Positions 28,041-39,540 of a stretch of DNA of 64,000 bases are shown here, in pieces (position 1 is the stretch's first letter; every line of letters begins with the position of its first letter). Origin of the DNA: Paragordius varius (Eukaryota; Animalia; Nematomorpha); contig OZ176060.1 of assembly GCA_964247055.1 (NCBI GenBank), forward strand, positions 1,550,001 to 1,614,000, read 5' to 3'. The notes under the pieces are model-generated. The model searched no databases and was not told the DNA's origin. It saw only the letters and a list, made by a program, of their open reading frames with translations. Position numbers and translations under genes: made by a program.

Positions 28041-30184
28041 TTTACCTAAGAATATATTTCTCGCACATTTTAGATCCCTAAAAAAGTTGTGATTTTGAAA
28101 TTTTTTATATTTAAAAAACATTAACATCTAAAAATGATAAATTACATCATATTAATAATCCATAATCAAGGGTTAAAAAAACTATTTTGATGAAATGTAT
28201 GTTTTTGATAGGAAAATGTATGAGAATTATAGTGAGACTTTTTGACCCTTACGAGTTTGAGGAAGATATTTACATTACTAATAACTCCTACATATTAGAA
28301 ATGTCAATACAAGCCTTTTTGTGAATATTTTTTTGAGGTGAAAGTTAAATGCTTTAATCTAAAAATATCTTTATGATTTATTATAAACTACATTTAAAAA
28401 CGCAAATCACTATTTTTCATAAAAATTCAATTTTTAATGTGGGCAAAAAGTCCCAATTTTTGCCCTTTTATAATATGCTAGTTCTCTTAAGATCAACGCA
28501 AAAATGATATGATTGCGAAATAAAAAGTTTTAAATATATGCTAAATATTAACACCAATTTGAATCAAAATAATTTGTAGCAAACTTTGTTGAATAATATT
28601 TCATAATATTTTGAGGCATGAGGGAAGTATAAAAATAAATATTCTCAAAAACCCTTTTCTATATAATTTGAGAATGCTAAACAATTCTCTCACTTCAGAA
28701 CTTCGATTAAGTCGATCGCTTTTAAATATAAATTTGTTTTATTTGCAAATACCAGAATTTAAAGCAGCCGAATAAATTAAAATTGGATAGAAATATTCAG
28801 CATTATAAAATTATAGAGAAAAGTGTTTTTATAATAAAGCGTTTCTATACAGTTGGTATAACGCAAAATAGTATGTGCGCATATATAACATTAATCAACC
28901 GAAATATATAAATTTTTTAAAAATACTTGATAATACTTATTTTACGCTAAAGCCCAAAGGTAAAAATTTAGTCAACGTGACATGTGTGCAATGGTAAAAT
29001 TATATAATAATACAAATAAATAAACCACTTTTTCTATTTATATCAATGTTAGATGAATTAATTAGCTTTTATTTTACCCTTAAAATTAAATGAAGACGAT
29101 ATTTTGCAAAAATTTGGTAAAATAAAAATGGCTTCAATGTAGTATGACATGGAACTTTTTTTCAAAAGGAAATTTTATTTAGATAATTTGGCATAATAAT
29201 ATATTTTGTATTTAGATAGGAGCATAAAGTTAAATTATGACTGTTTCTTCAGTAGTTTTTTTAAAGATTCTAACTTATAATTAATCTAAGGTATTTAGAT
29301 ACCCTGATTTGAATCAAAGTGTTAATCACTAAAAACAAGCATCATAATCCTGATACATTTATATCAAAATATATATATATTTCCTCTAGGATATTTATTT
29401 TAAATATGAAATAGATAAAAATAAATTTATGCAAGGAGAATAATGAGGGATTTGAGGTGCAAATCCTCTAATTTTATACAATGCCTTTTTCACTTTGTAT
29501 ATGTTTGTTTTATAGTAGTGACATCTTAAAAGCATTACAATGATTAATATATTTATTTCATTTGCCGTCATTTATGACTTATTATTTTTGTTGTTGTTCA
29601 CACTTTCTTGTAAAATGATTTGAAAACAAACTTATTTTAAACTTTTCTCGCTTAGAGATACTGTGAGACAAAAATGGGGATATAAAATAATTCAATATAT
29701 TTTTACTTAAGCATTAAAAATGAATATTAAAGAAAACGTTTTTTTATTCTGCCAAAGTTTAACCCATTTTTACACATTTAGTCTAATTAATACACAATAG
29801 AGGTGAACACGTCATCTACATTTTATTTGTTTAATATAAAGACTTTTCTTGTTACTGAGGAGGTTTTTTTCAGAAAGCACTTGAAAGATTTAGAAGATAT
29901 AGGAAATCGCATGGCGTCGAATTTCTATCAAAAAAATTTGCTAGGTAAATATTTTATTAATATTTTACTAAAATGTTTAAAATTAAAATACCATAATAAT
30001 TTAATTTCCTTTAAATATTCATAATTTGCACCAAAGCAGGAATAACGCATTATTTTTTAAAATTTTTAATATTTAATTATTTAACACATTTTTACCATTT
30101 ACTATAGTAAACATTTATCATCTTTTGATTTATATATTATGTCCGATTTGGCGCTATTTAGGCTTTTGATTCCAATTGCGATAA

Positions 30185-30424
30185 TATACCATTTACAATT
30201 CAAATTCACTTTGAACAATTCAAATTTATCTTAAAAGTAAATTTATGTTTTGGGGCTAATATATTTCTTCATTAATATGAAATATATCTTTATCGCATAG
30301 GTGTAATTAATTTTAAACGAATCTTTATTTTTTAAAAATATTTAACATTATAGGTAATTTTTAATTTTTAACAACTCAGTTAATTTGAATTGTTCAAGGG
30401 TAAATATGAATGTATATGGTATAC
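30185..30424. mobile_element. Short relative of the 8203-8822 MITE family
   Basis: ATATACCATTTACAATTCAAATTCACTTTGAACAATTCAAA at the left end and TTTGAATTGTTCAAGGGTAAATATGAATGTATATGGTATA at the right end. Confidence 0.65.
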
Positions 30425-31493
30425 TATATAAAAAATTGCATAAATAAAGATTCTTTTCGGCATCGAATTTTTTTAAAAAAATAAAATAGAATGTTGGTAT
30501 TTTCAAAATCATAAGGTAGTCACGTTTGGTCCAAATTAGCTATTACATTTTTCAGTTAAAAATATTATTTGCAATTTTAGCAAAACAAATGAAAAAATTT
30601 TGGATGAAAACAACTGTTTTTGCCTGAAAAATTGCTTTTTGTTTAAAAATGTTGGGTTTGGTTAAAAAAATGTTGCGTTTGGTTGAAAAATGTTGCGTTT
30701 GCTTCTAAATATAAATATTTCTTATTTTACTACATTTATTCCCAAATAGTTTCAACCTCAAACGAAAAATATATAATATGATTAATAAATTTTTATATAG
30801 AATTTTATTTTGCTACTGATCTAACATTGTTCAATTTAAACAAATAGTTGACTCCTTTTCCCTTTGCTGCAATATTTATATGAATTAGCGATCAAGATTA
30901 TTAATTTTGGCTAATAGCAGAAAATGAAATATCTTTTTTTACTATTTAAATTTGATATTATTCTGATTTTTTTAATATATAATTAGTTTGTTTATTAGTG
31001 CCTGCCGTGTAGAGAAGTAGTTGAGTTAGTTAAGGCTAAATGTAAATATTAATAAAAAATGTTTAAATAATTTAGCTGCTTATTCCTATAATATTTTTAA
31101 TTAAAAATGTAGGTATTCACTTAAACAATATCAATATATAAAGTGTCATTCAGATAATAATGATCATAATATTCGGAATTTCATTAAATTTATGCAATTC
31201 TTAATTTAAGGGAGGCAGAGGAAAAGCTTATTAATTTTACTGGATTATATAAATATAATCCATTAGCAAAAGATATTGACATTTATTCTAATCAAGATTG
31301 TTAAAGCTTTTGGATACTATTAATACCCTAAAATTTACTATATCCACTAAAACGCTAAATATTGACTCTGATAAATAAAAGCTCCTAATATTATTATAAA
31401 TATAAAAATAAATTAAGCGAGCTGTATCGATGTTTTTTTAAGGCAACTGGTTACGTAATTCAATTCATAATAATATAATCGTATTTATATCAG

Positions 31494-31755
31494 ATCTTAA
31501 AGATCCATTACTGATTGAGAAGTTGCCTTATGACGATATGATGGAGCTGAAGTATATGGACCAAGTTATTAAGGAGGTATTCCGTATGCACCCCCCTGTG
31601 TTATTTTTTGATAGAATTGCTTCACAAGATTATGAATTAGGTGATTTTTTAATAAAAAAAGGTACGATTCTCCAAATTCCTACCGAGGTGGTTCACCGAA
31701 ACCCGCTATATTGGAAGGATCCTCAGATCTTCAGACCAGAGAGATTTATAGATGA
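31494..31755 (+). CDS. Cytochrome P450 exon with the K-helix ExxR and PERF motifs
   Basis: Acceptor TATCAG at 31491-93 joins the previous exon in frame (PKIPF-D-LKDPLL). Reads LKYMDQVIKEVFRMHPP...HRNPLYWKDPQIFRPERFID. Confidence 0.93.
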
Positions 31756-31780
31756 GTATTAATAATTATGTTATTTTTAG
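31756..31780 (+). other. Predicted 25-nt GT-AG micro-intron
   Basis: GTATTAATAATTATGTTATTTTTAG contains the in-frame TAA. Removing it joins PERFID to DVKDKQYGYIPFG in frame. Confidence 0.75.
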
Positions 31781-32024
31781 TGTTAAGGATAAGCAATATG
31801 GATATATCCCATTTGGGATGGGCCCCAGAAATTGTGTGGGAATGAGATTTTCATATTTAGAAATGAAAGTTACTTTGTCTGTCATGTTTCTATCAAAATT
31901 ATCGTTCAAACCAGCTAAAGGAGATATGCATCAAGAACAAACTTATCAAAATACAATATTTAAAATGAACACCAACAATATACCGAAGTATGGCCTGCAA
32001 GTGGAGTTTGATATTTTAAAATAA
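31781..32024 (+). CDS. Cytochrome P450 terminal exon with the heme-binding motif
   Basis: YIPFGMGPRNCVGMRFSYLEMKVTL (FxxGxRxCxG), with stop TAA at 32022-24. Confidence 0.93.
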
Positions 32025-32050
32025 TTTAATTTACGCAGATACAAATACAT

Positions 32051-32056
32051 AATAAA
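32051..32056 (+). promoter_or_regulatory. Candidate polyadenylation signal of the CYP gene
   Basis: AATAAA lies 27 nt after the stop codon. This is weak evidence in such AT-rich DNA. Confidence 0.35.
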
Positions 32057-34099
32057 TATTGTTATTATTTTGATTTATTAATAATTGGTCATTTTCGCAA
32101 TTGTATTATACTTGTCCCCGCAATATCTAAGATTTAACATGCAAATAAAAAAGCTTAATTAATGTTTAGAATTCAAAAAAATGAGATACAAAAAGTTATT
32201 AATACTCATAAGCTCTCTATATCGGAAAATTAGGAGAATTCGCGCATTGTTAAATAATTTTTGGTCAAAGCTAAATGTACACTAATTTTTATCATAATTA
32301 TTTAATAATATACAAAACTCTCATTTTTATTAAATTTGATTTTAAATCTGGACTGCGTTAAATTTTAAGACCAGTTAAAAATAGGCAAATTTTCATTAAA
32401 TAAACATAAAAATGCCGATATTGTAGTTATTTGGATATCAATTTTTTTTAAAAAATTGATAATTTGCTTCAAAATTTTGGAAAGTGAATTTTAGGATATT
32501 TATATGTAAACGGTATAAAAATACATTATAAAAACACTTATATGCTAATGCTTAATATTTTATTCACTCTATTTTGGTCAGAATTCGTTGGACCACAAAT
32601 TGCACATAAACAAGTTTTGCAACAACAAATTTATTAAGCACATTTTTAGGGAAAATATTATAGATTTTTAATCCTTGAATTATATAAAAGATTTCATATT
32701 ATCTTGTATTATTTCCACAGGCTTGAAAATACCGAATTCGCTTTATCATTTTGATCAAAATAATAACTTTTTCGGGGATTTTTTTCAAAATTTAAAATAA
32801 TTTAAAAAAATATTGGTATATCCATCTTATTTATATAATCAAAATAGGCGATCATAAAGTTTGCGACAATTACCAAACGATTGCTTTAATCTTAAAATTG
32901 AGAGAATTACGCATTGTATTTATGAAATTTATTAAAAAAATTAAGCTGAAATGCGTACAAATATAAAAAATATATATTTTAATTTTCGACTTTTATAGTA
33001 AAGTCTTTATTGAAAAAATATGAAAGGAATTGTAACGTAATAAGATGCCTTATATAGTGTGATATGGGTAATTGATGAAAAAAACCAGTCATTAAAAATT
33101 ATTGTATACTAAAAAAAATCAATTACCTTTACAACATTATAGAAGACATAAATATTGATAGGTGTTATGGATGTGTGATAATTATAATGGATTGATTAAA
33201 GTGATATTGTTATTCTATTAATATATAATACCAAATAGGAGACAATATTAGGTCATCGTCCCTATTAAGTGATGCATTGTTTTTCTTTTTTCTATTGATT
33301 CGCGTATGAGACGCTTGTTGTAGTTTTCTATATTTGTAATCACCTTGGTGTCAGCAATGAAGTGTCCTTCCTTGCAAACGTGTTCAGATAAACCTGAGGT
33401 GGCATCAAAAGAATGTTCACCAAGGAATAATTAATATTAAAATATCTAATACACAAACATTCCAGAAGAACATCCGGTAAATATCTCTGCTAACTAGAAT
33501 ATCTGAACAAAATACATTTCTGTTTTATCGATTTTTTTAGGAAGAGCGATCCAAAAGTTTTGTCCGAAGTCGCTAAAACAATGAGAGTTAAGGTTGTGGA
33601 ATGAAAGGTGATAAAATCAGGTGTAGAGAGGTATTGTCGAAAGAGGAGAGAATAATTAATCGTGAGAGAATAAGCTTTATTAAATGTGGAGGTTGATCGA
33701 TCAAATAGAGGAAAAGGAATAATATCAAAAATAGGGATCTTAAAAGTGTCATCGTCAGAAAAGAGAAGACGGAATTACTATATGAGGTGTGAAAAAGTAA
33801 AAAAGGTCTCTTTAACGTATTTAAAATTGCTCAACACAGATGACAACTTTCTCCGACCGCTTCCAAAGAGAAAACTGTAAATTCCTCGTTAATAAAGTGA
33901 AAATTTAAAAGAACAGGAATGTATATTTACAGGTCCTTGAATCGGATGTCACTGAAACAAATTTAACCGATATATCTGGGCAAAAAAAATATTACTAAAG
34001 AGAATTCGATAGATTTAGAAGAGATGTCTTAAGCAGCGGGTTTAGACGATAATAACATATAATGTGGAAAAATTAAGAGAAAATCAATTTAGCATTTAT

Positions 34100-35110
34100 T
34101 GTTCATAATGTAGTTATTAGAATAATACCTTTAAATGGAAAAAAACGTTTCACTGTTTCCATTATAGGATTGGGGAAATATAAATGACGAGGGATAAAAT
34201 TGATTACTTATACGATTAAGTTTTGAGAAAGTTCTGGAGAAACGGATAAAAATAGTATAAAGAGTAATCAATTTGTTTTTATTCCTGGAAAATCCACCCT
34301 CGGTTTGATTTATAGTTTAAGGTTAATCGAAAATATATTGAAATAAAAAAGTTTAATTGATACTGGAATCGTTTGACAGGATATCACGAAATATAATGTC
34401 TTAGAAAGTTACATAAAAATTTAAAAAAATTAACGCTCTTACCATGCCAAAATTACAACACATCAGGAAGCGCCAGGTCCAAATAAAATAACCAAAAAGT
34501 CTATCAACGGTCAGCAATCAGTCCGTTGCTATTTATCATTTGTATGGAGAAAATTCCAAAAAACAAATGTTACAACGTGATCAAGTTAATAGCAAGAAAA
34601 CCAAACTTATGAATTTTGGTGGAACATGAAATAAAATTAGAAAAAGGTAGGGTATTATATAATCAATAACATTTAGAGGTGAATTTACGACCAGATAGTT
34701 TGTTAACGTTGGGAAAATTACATATAATATTATCAAATGTTTTATGCGATAAAAATTTGATAAATAGTTAGGGGTAATATAACATTGCTATTATCTGCCA
34801 AAGATTTGAATCTCACAATGACGTTCGGTGCAAGGAAAAATAAACTGAAAAATTATGCATTAGAGGAAGTAGAGAAATCAAACCTATAACACAAAGATAA
34901 TATTAAATCATCTTAGATGGTTTGGACATATAAAAAGAAGAGACGGTAACTATATTGTTAAAAAGATTGATAAATATATTTAAAAAATGTATGAGGGAAG
35001 AGGGCGCCCTAAAACATGATGGATAGGTATGGTTAAAAGAGGTATGGCGAAACCGAACAGAAACCCCCAAGACGCCGGAGACAGGTTCTACGATATAGTT
35101 TACGAAAACT
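34100..35110 (+). mobile_element. Decayed RTE-clade LINE, RT to 3' end
   Basis: FIPGKSTLGLIYSLRL near 34280 resembles FMPGRST.AIF.LR. An R.RP-type C-terminal motif lies near 35000 (GGAAGAGGGCGCCCTAAAACATG). Confidence 0.7.
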
Positions 35111-35273
35111 GCTCGAAAGAGTGATATTACATAATGTAAATAGGATATTATTAATACACTAATCCTCCTGGCAACTTTATATGCCGCTGAAATTTAGACC
35201 ATAAAATGCCACAGATTTGAATATTAGCGACGTTTTAAATAATCAATGCTAAACACAAATGGCGTCGTAGGCT

Positions 35274-35503
35274 CAGAGGCGCAGCTAGGAGGAAAAGGGA
35301 GCCACATTTACCGTGCACCATAGTTGAAGGGGCGATTTTAATTTTATTACAAAAATATAGGTATTTAAAAGTTCTTATTTATAATACACACCCATTTATG
35401 AGTGGTATTTTGTGATTAATTTTTAAAATGCAAGGGGTACATGGAAGGGTGAGGGGGCCCCACACGGATTCATGCGCGCCAAAAAATGCAAGCTGTGCCT
35501 CTG
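35274..35503 (+). mobile_element. hAT-type MITE (third family copy), inserted in another hAT-like MITE that ends at 35775
   Basis: TIRs CAGAGGCGCAGCT / AGCTGTGCCTCTG and TSD CGTAGGCT / CGTGGGCT (one mismatch). The host ends in TTGGACACCCCCG, like 26912. Confidence 0.88.
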
Positions 35504-37189
35504 CGTGGGCTGCATTTTTATATCAAAAATTTCGTTGGGCCGGATTTGAAACATACATGGGCATTAATATTTTAATAAATTTCAAACATAATGCAAAACG
35601 CACATAATATATAATTTGTTTTTAGTTCTTTGGCAGTTGGATAGATTTAATATGCAGATTTTTTATAAAATCATAATTTACTAAGATTTAGCATATTTTT
35701 ATTTTCCAAATTTTTCGCAAGGTATTATCTCGCTCGGTCGCATACGGCCTGCAGGTCACGTTTTGGACACCCCCGTCTTAATTACTGATTGTAATTCCTC
35801 ATTTAAGCGCTAAAAGAAGTAATGATTAAATAATCAAAGCATAAGAGGTATAGCATTATCAAGTATTGTAACAAGTTTTTTGTTGATTCCAAGGTTTTTT
35901 CAGATTCTGAGACAAAAAGCGAGATTTTTTTATCATAAAATAATATTTTTTAAAAAAAGCATATTTATCGAATACAGTATGAGTAAGTATACATTAGTTT
36001 TTCATTAATTATTGCCAAATAGCATAGCAGCAAAGAGAATTATTATTGGCTAATAATAATAAAAAAAGAAAAAAATAACTATATGCCAATAATACCGCCC
36101 CTTGCTGTATATGCTATTTAGCAATAATTAATGAATTACTAGCATACTTACTAATATTGTATTTCTGGTTTTAGCAATAGACGTTATCCCTTAACGCATT
36201 ATTTATTATTGTATATTATTATGAGGGAAAACCTTTAAGGCATAATATAAAAACATTCATTAACACAGTGCCCATAGAACAATATTGATAGATAAATGTA
36301 TCAAGATTATCGTTATGCTTTTTGTTTTGGCCCTTACGAGTAATATATGAAAAATGCTTACGCTGTTGTGGCAGTAAATGGCAAAATATGCGCATATTTG
36401 TTATATGATATCTATTTGGTGAAAGGTTAAATACTTCAAAGACATAGTAAGATTTTATGAATATATAGAAAGCAAAACATAATTTTTAATTTTAGAGGCT
36501 CCTAAAGTCCCAAATTTTTCGCCAGACTATAAATGCAAAAATACCGAGGTTAGGTCAAAAATTCAAAATATGTTTTGACATCAAAAATTTTTTTTGCGAA
36601 AAAATTAGATATATTGCCTAAAAATTTTATGCCAAAATTTTGATGAAGCAAGTTTTATGGGATTTGTTTTAAGTTATTAGAAAATACTTTTTATGTCTAT
36701 CACATAAGAGACTAAATTCAAAGAATCGTTTTTAAACTTGGGTCAAGTTATGCAAAAAACACAATTTGTAACATAAATTTTAATACAAATGAATATTTAA
36801 TCAAAATTATGAGTTCATATTAATAATTTATATTAGTTTGAAAATGCATAATTTATTTTTAGGATTTAAATCGTAAAATCGTTCGAGGGTAAATTTGAAT
36901 GGTAAACGGTTTATTATTAAATTTATAGCGAAATTTTAGCATTTATTTATTAGTTTAAAGTGAACTAGTCCGTTTTAAAAGAGCAAAAAAATCTGGACTT
37001 CGGAGATCTACCACTAAATATTAAAATATTGTATTGCTTTTTAAATGTATTATATAATTTGATTTTTTGGAGTGAAGTCTTTAGTTTTAAAAAAAATTAT
37101 TTAACATGTGAAAAAAGTATATCATTTTTCTGGAGCTTTAACCACAAAAGTAGAGGAAGATGATGCTTTTACGTTTGTCCCACCTGACT

Positions 37190-39540
37190 ATACATCCCAT
37201 GAAGATACCCCCCACAATATATATCGAGAAAAGTAGATGCTACACCATTCGCTCTATAGTTTTGTTGATATCAAGAAGGCATTCGATCTGATAGACAGGG
37301 ATCATATTGTCAGCTTTCTCGACACCTTAAATATGGATGAAAATTTCAAAAATTTTATGGTACACCTTATCACTCGGACATGGTGTCGAGTCAGCCTCGA
37401 GAACGCTAGGTCGGACACCCCACAAGAGGTCTTATACAGGGATGCCCGCTCCCCTAAACTGTTAACTTAACAATCATGAAAATCATTTATAACCTTTATG
37501 CTCTATTCAATAATAAATTCTTCCACATCCTATGTTATGCGGAACACCTATGCATCATTACGGACTCAGAGGATCTGCTGCAATCAGCGCTTAACAACCT
37601 ACAGCACGAGCTACATAAGATAAATTTATCAATAAACTTCTCCAAAATCAAACCAATGGTGACGGGAGAATGCAACAGGCCGTCACTATCCCTAGACTAT
37701 GGCAACATTGAGGTTAGCAAATTTCGCTACTTGGGTATTGAGATAGTCAATCAGGGCTGGTGGAATGTTGCCCATTAGATTAAGCATGGCGAACCTGATC
37801 TTTAACGGACTTGGCGGATTGCGGCAAATGAAAAAGGTAGGTCTCAAACTGAAACTGAAAATCTTCAAATGCTTTTATTCCCGCAGAACATATAACTTTT
37901 CAATATGGCGCACCTTCCATAAACGCCCTAAAAAACAGGTTTTTATAAATAAAGGCCTACGTTGCATCAGTCGAAAAATTCTCAACTACCACCTGCTACC
38001 TATACAAAAAAACAACATGCTTCCCATACGTTTTCCTCCAGCTGGTCTGAACATAGCTCATCAAATTCGGTATAATTCTATGAGCCCCTTGCGAGACTCA
38101 TTGAAATGGAAGTTGGACACTGGAAAACAAACGATCATGGTATTGAAGAATTGCGCTATTCATGAACCGCGTGAGATTATTCATAACACTGGACAACAAA
38201 TTTTTCTGCCACTCGAGTTTTTTGAATTTTCTGATATTTAGTATCATTTTAACAGTAAATCCGAAATAAAAATTATAACTCGTTGGAAGAATTTTGTATA
38301 ATTTGATTTATTTGATTATGCGCCCTCTTTATCAAAATTTTACTAAAAAATATTTTTCTTTGAAAATATTCAAGTAATGCCCATTTGTAATATATCATTC
38401 GAAAGAGTAATAAAAACTCTATAAAATGCATACTAATATGTATTACATCGACAGTTAATATATGACACAAAGAGCGACAAACGCGCGAAACGAGAGCATT
38501 TTTTTTAATTATTATATTTTTAAAACTACTGGATGAAAATATCTCGAACTTTGTTTAGATGGTGATGAATATCCAAAAAAGATAACACAAGAAAGTTTTT
38601 TTGATTAAACCATTTTTTTATTGCTATTATGTCACTCAAAACAACCATTCTTAAGTTTTTTGTTTTTTAAAAATTACCATCTCATCAATATTAATTTTTT
38701 TTCTTTATAAGGCCGATAATTTCGAAATTTTAAAGATAAAAACAAAGTTTAAGGTATTTTTGATCTTTTATAGCCATTATGTAATAAATTTACAGTTATA
38801 ACTATGCATTTTAGTATCCACTAGGTAAAATATTTATGATAATAATAATTTTTATTAAAAAAGCAAACCAAAAGCTTTTTCAAACATTTTTTTTTAATTA
38901 AGTACTAATATAACCCTAATAACTATATTAAAATAATTATGATTTTCAAATTAGTTTGTTTGTGAAAATTCGTGACTTATTAAGGATTGAAAATTACCAT
39001 TTAAATCCAAATAACTTTTACATCCGATTGATTTAAATGACTTACTACCATTTAAAAGATGCAGTATTTTGCGCTCTTTCGAATGATATAAAATAAATGG
39101 CTTCATATCTAAAACTTTTAATTTTCGAAATTTCGAGTTTAATGTTAAATCGGGGCCAAAAATTATCGATAAACTCTAATATAAAAAAATTCTTGAATGC
39201 TAGACCAATTCTCTTTTCAGATATACTAATTCTGTACTTTAATGAAATAAATTTTGAATTTAGAATGGCTGTTAAAAAAGTTAAAATTTGTTGTCTAGTG
39301 TAATAGATTCGTGGATGGACCTGAAACTATGTGAGAGGGAAAATAAAGAAGGAACTTATCGAAGAAGAAATCGTGTTATATAAAGACAAAAGAGAACGAA
39401 AGCGCCGGCGCCTGGAGCGAGCTAGAGCGCGAAAACGGGAGGCTAGAAGAAGTGCAGCCAACAGGAATTCCCGACAATTACCCATAGCACACTGACCCTA
39501 AGGATAGGCCTACAAGCAGTGACACACCTACAACCTAATG
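37190..39540 (+). mobile_element. Decayed non-LTR retrotransposon RT, split by the element at 38187-39300
   Basis: LYSFVDIKKAFDLIDR and ILCYAEHLCII (degenerate YADD) in ORFs 37237-37470 and 37476-37778. GC-richer sequence resumes after 39303. Confidence 0.8.
38187..39300 (+). mobile_element. Non-autonomous CAC-terminated DNA transposon (CMC/Chapaev3-like), 1114 bp
   Basis: TIRs CACTGGACAACAAATTTT / AAAATTTGTTGTCTAGTG and a 3-bp TSD TAA (38184-86, 39301-03). A highly similar copy lies at 57728-60311. Confidence 0.88.

Noticed and set aside
39097-39303. Near-identical ORFs at 39097-39303 and 60112-60309 as a duplicated gene
   Set aside because: Both lie in the 3' end of two copies of the same non-autonomous transposon and have no recognisable motif.
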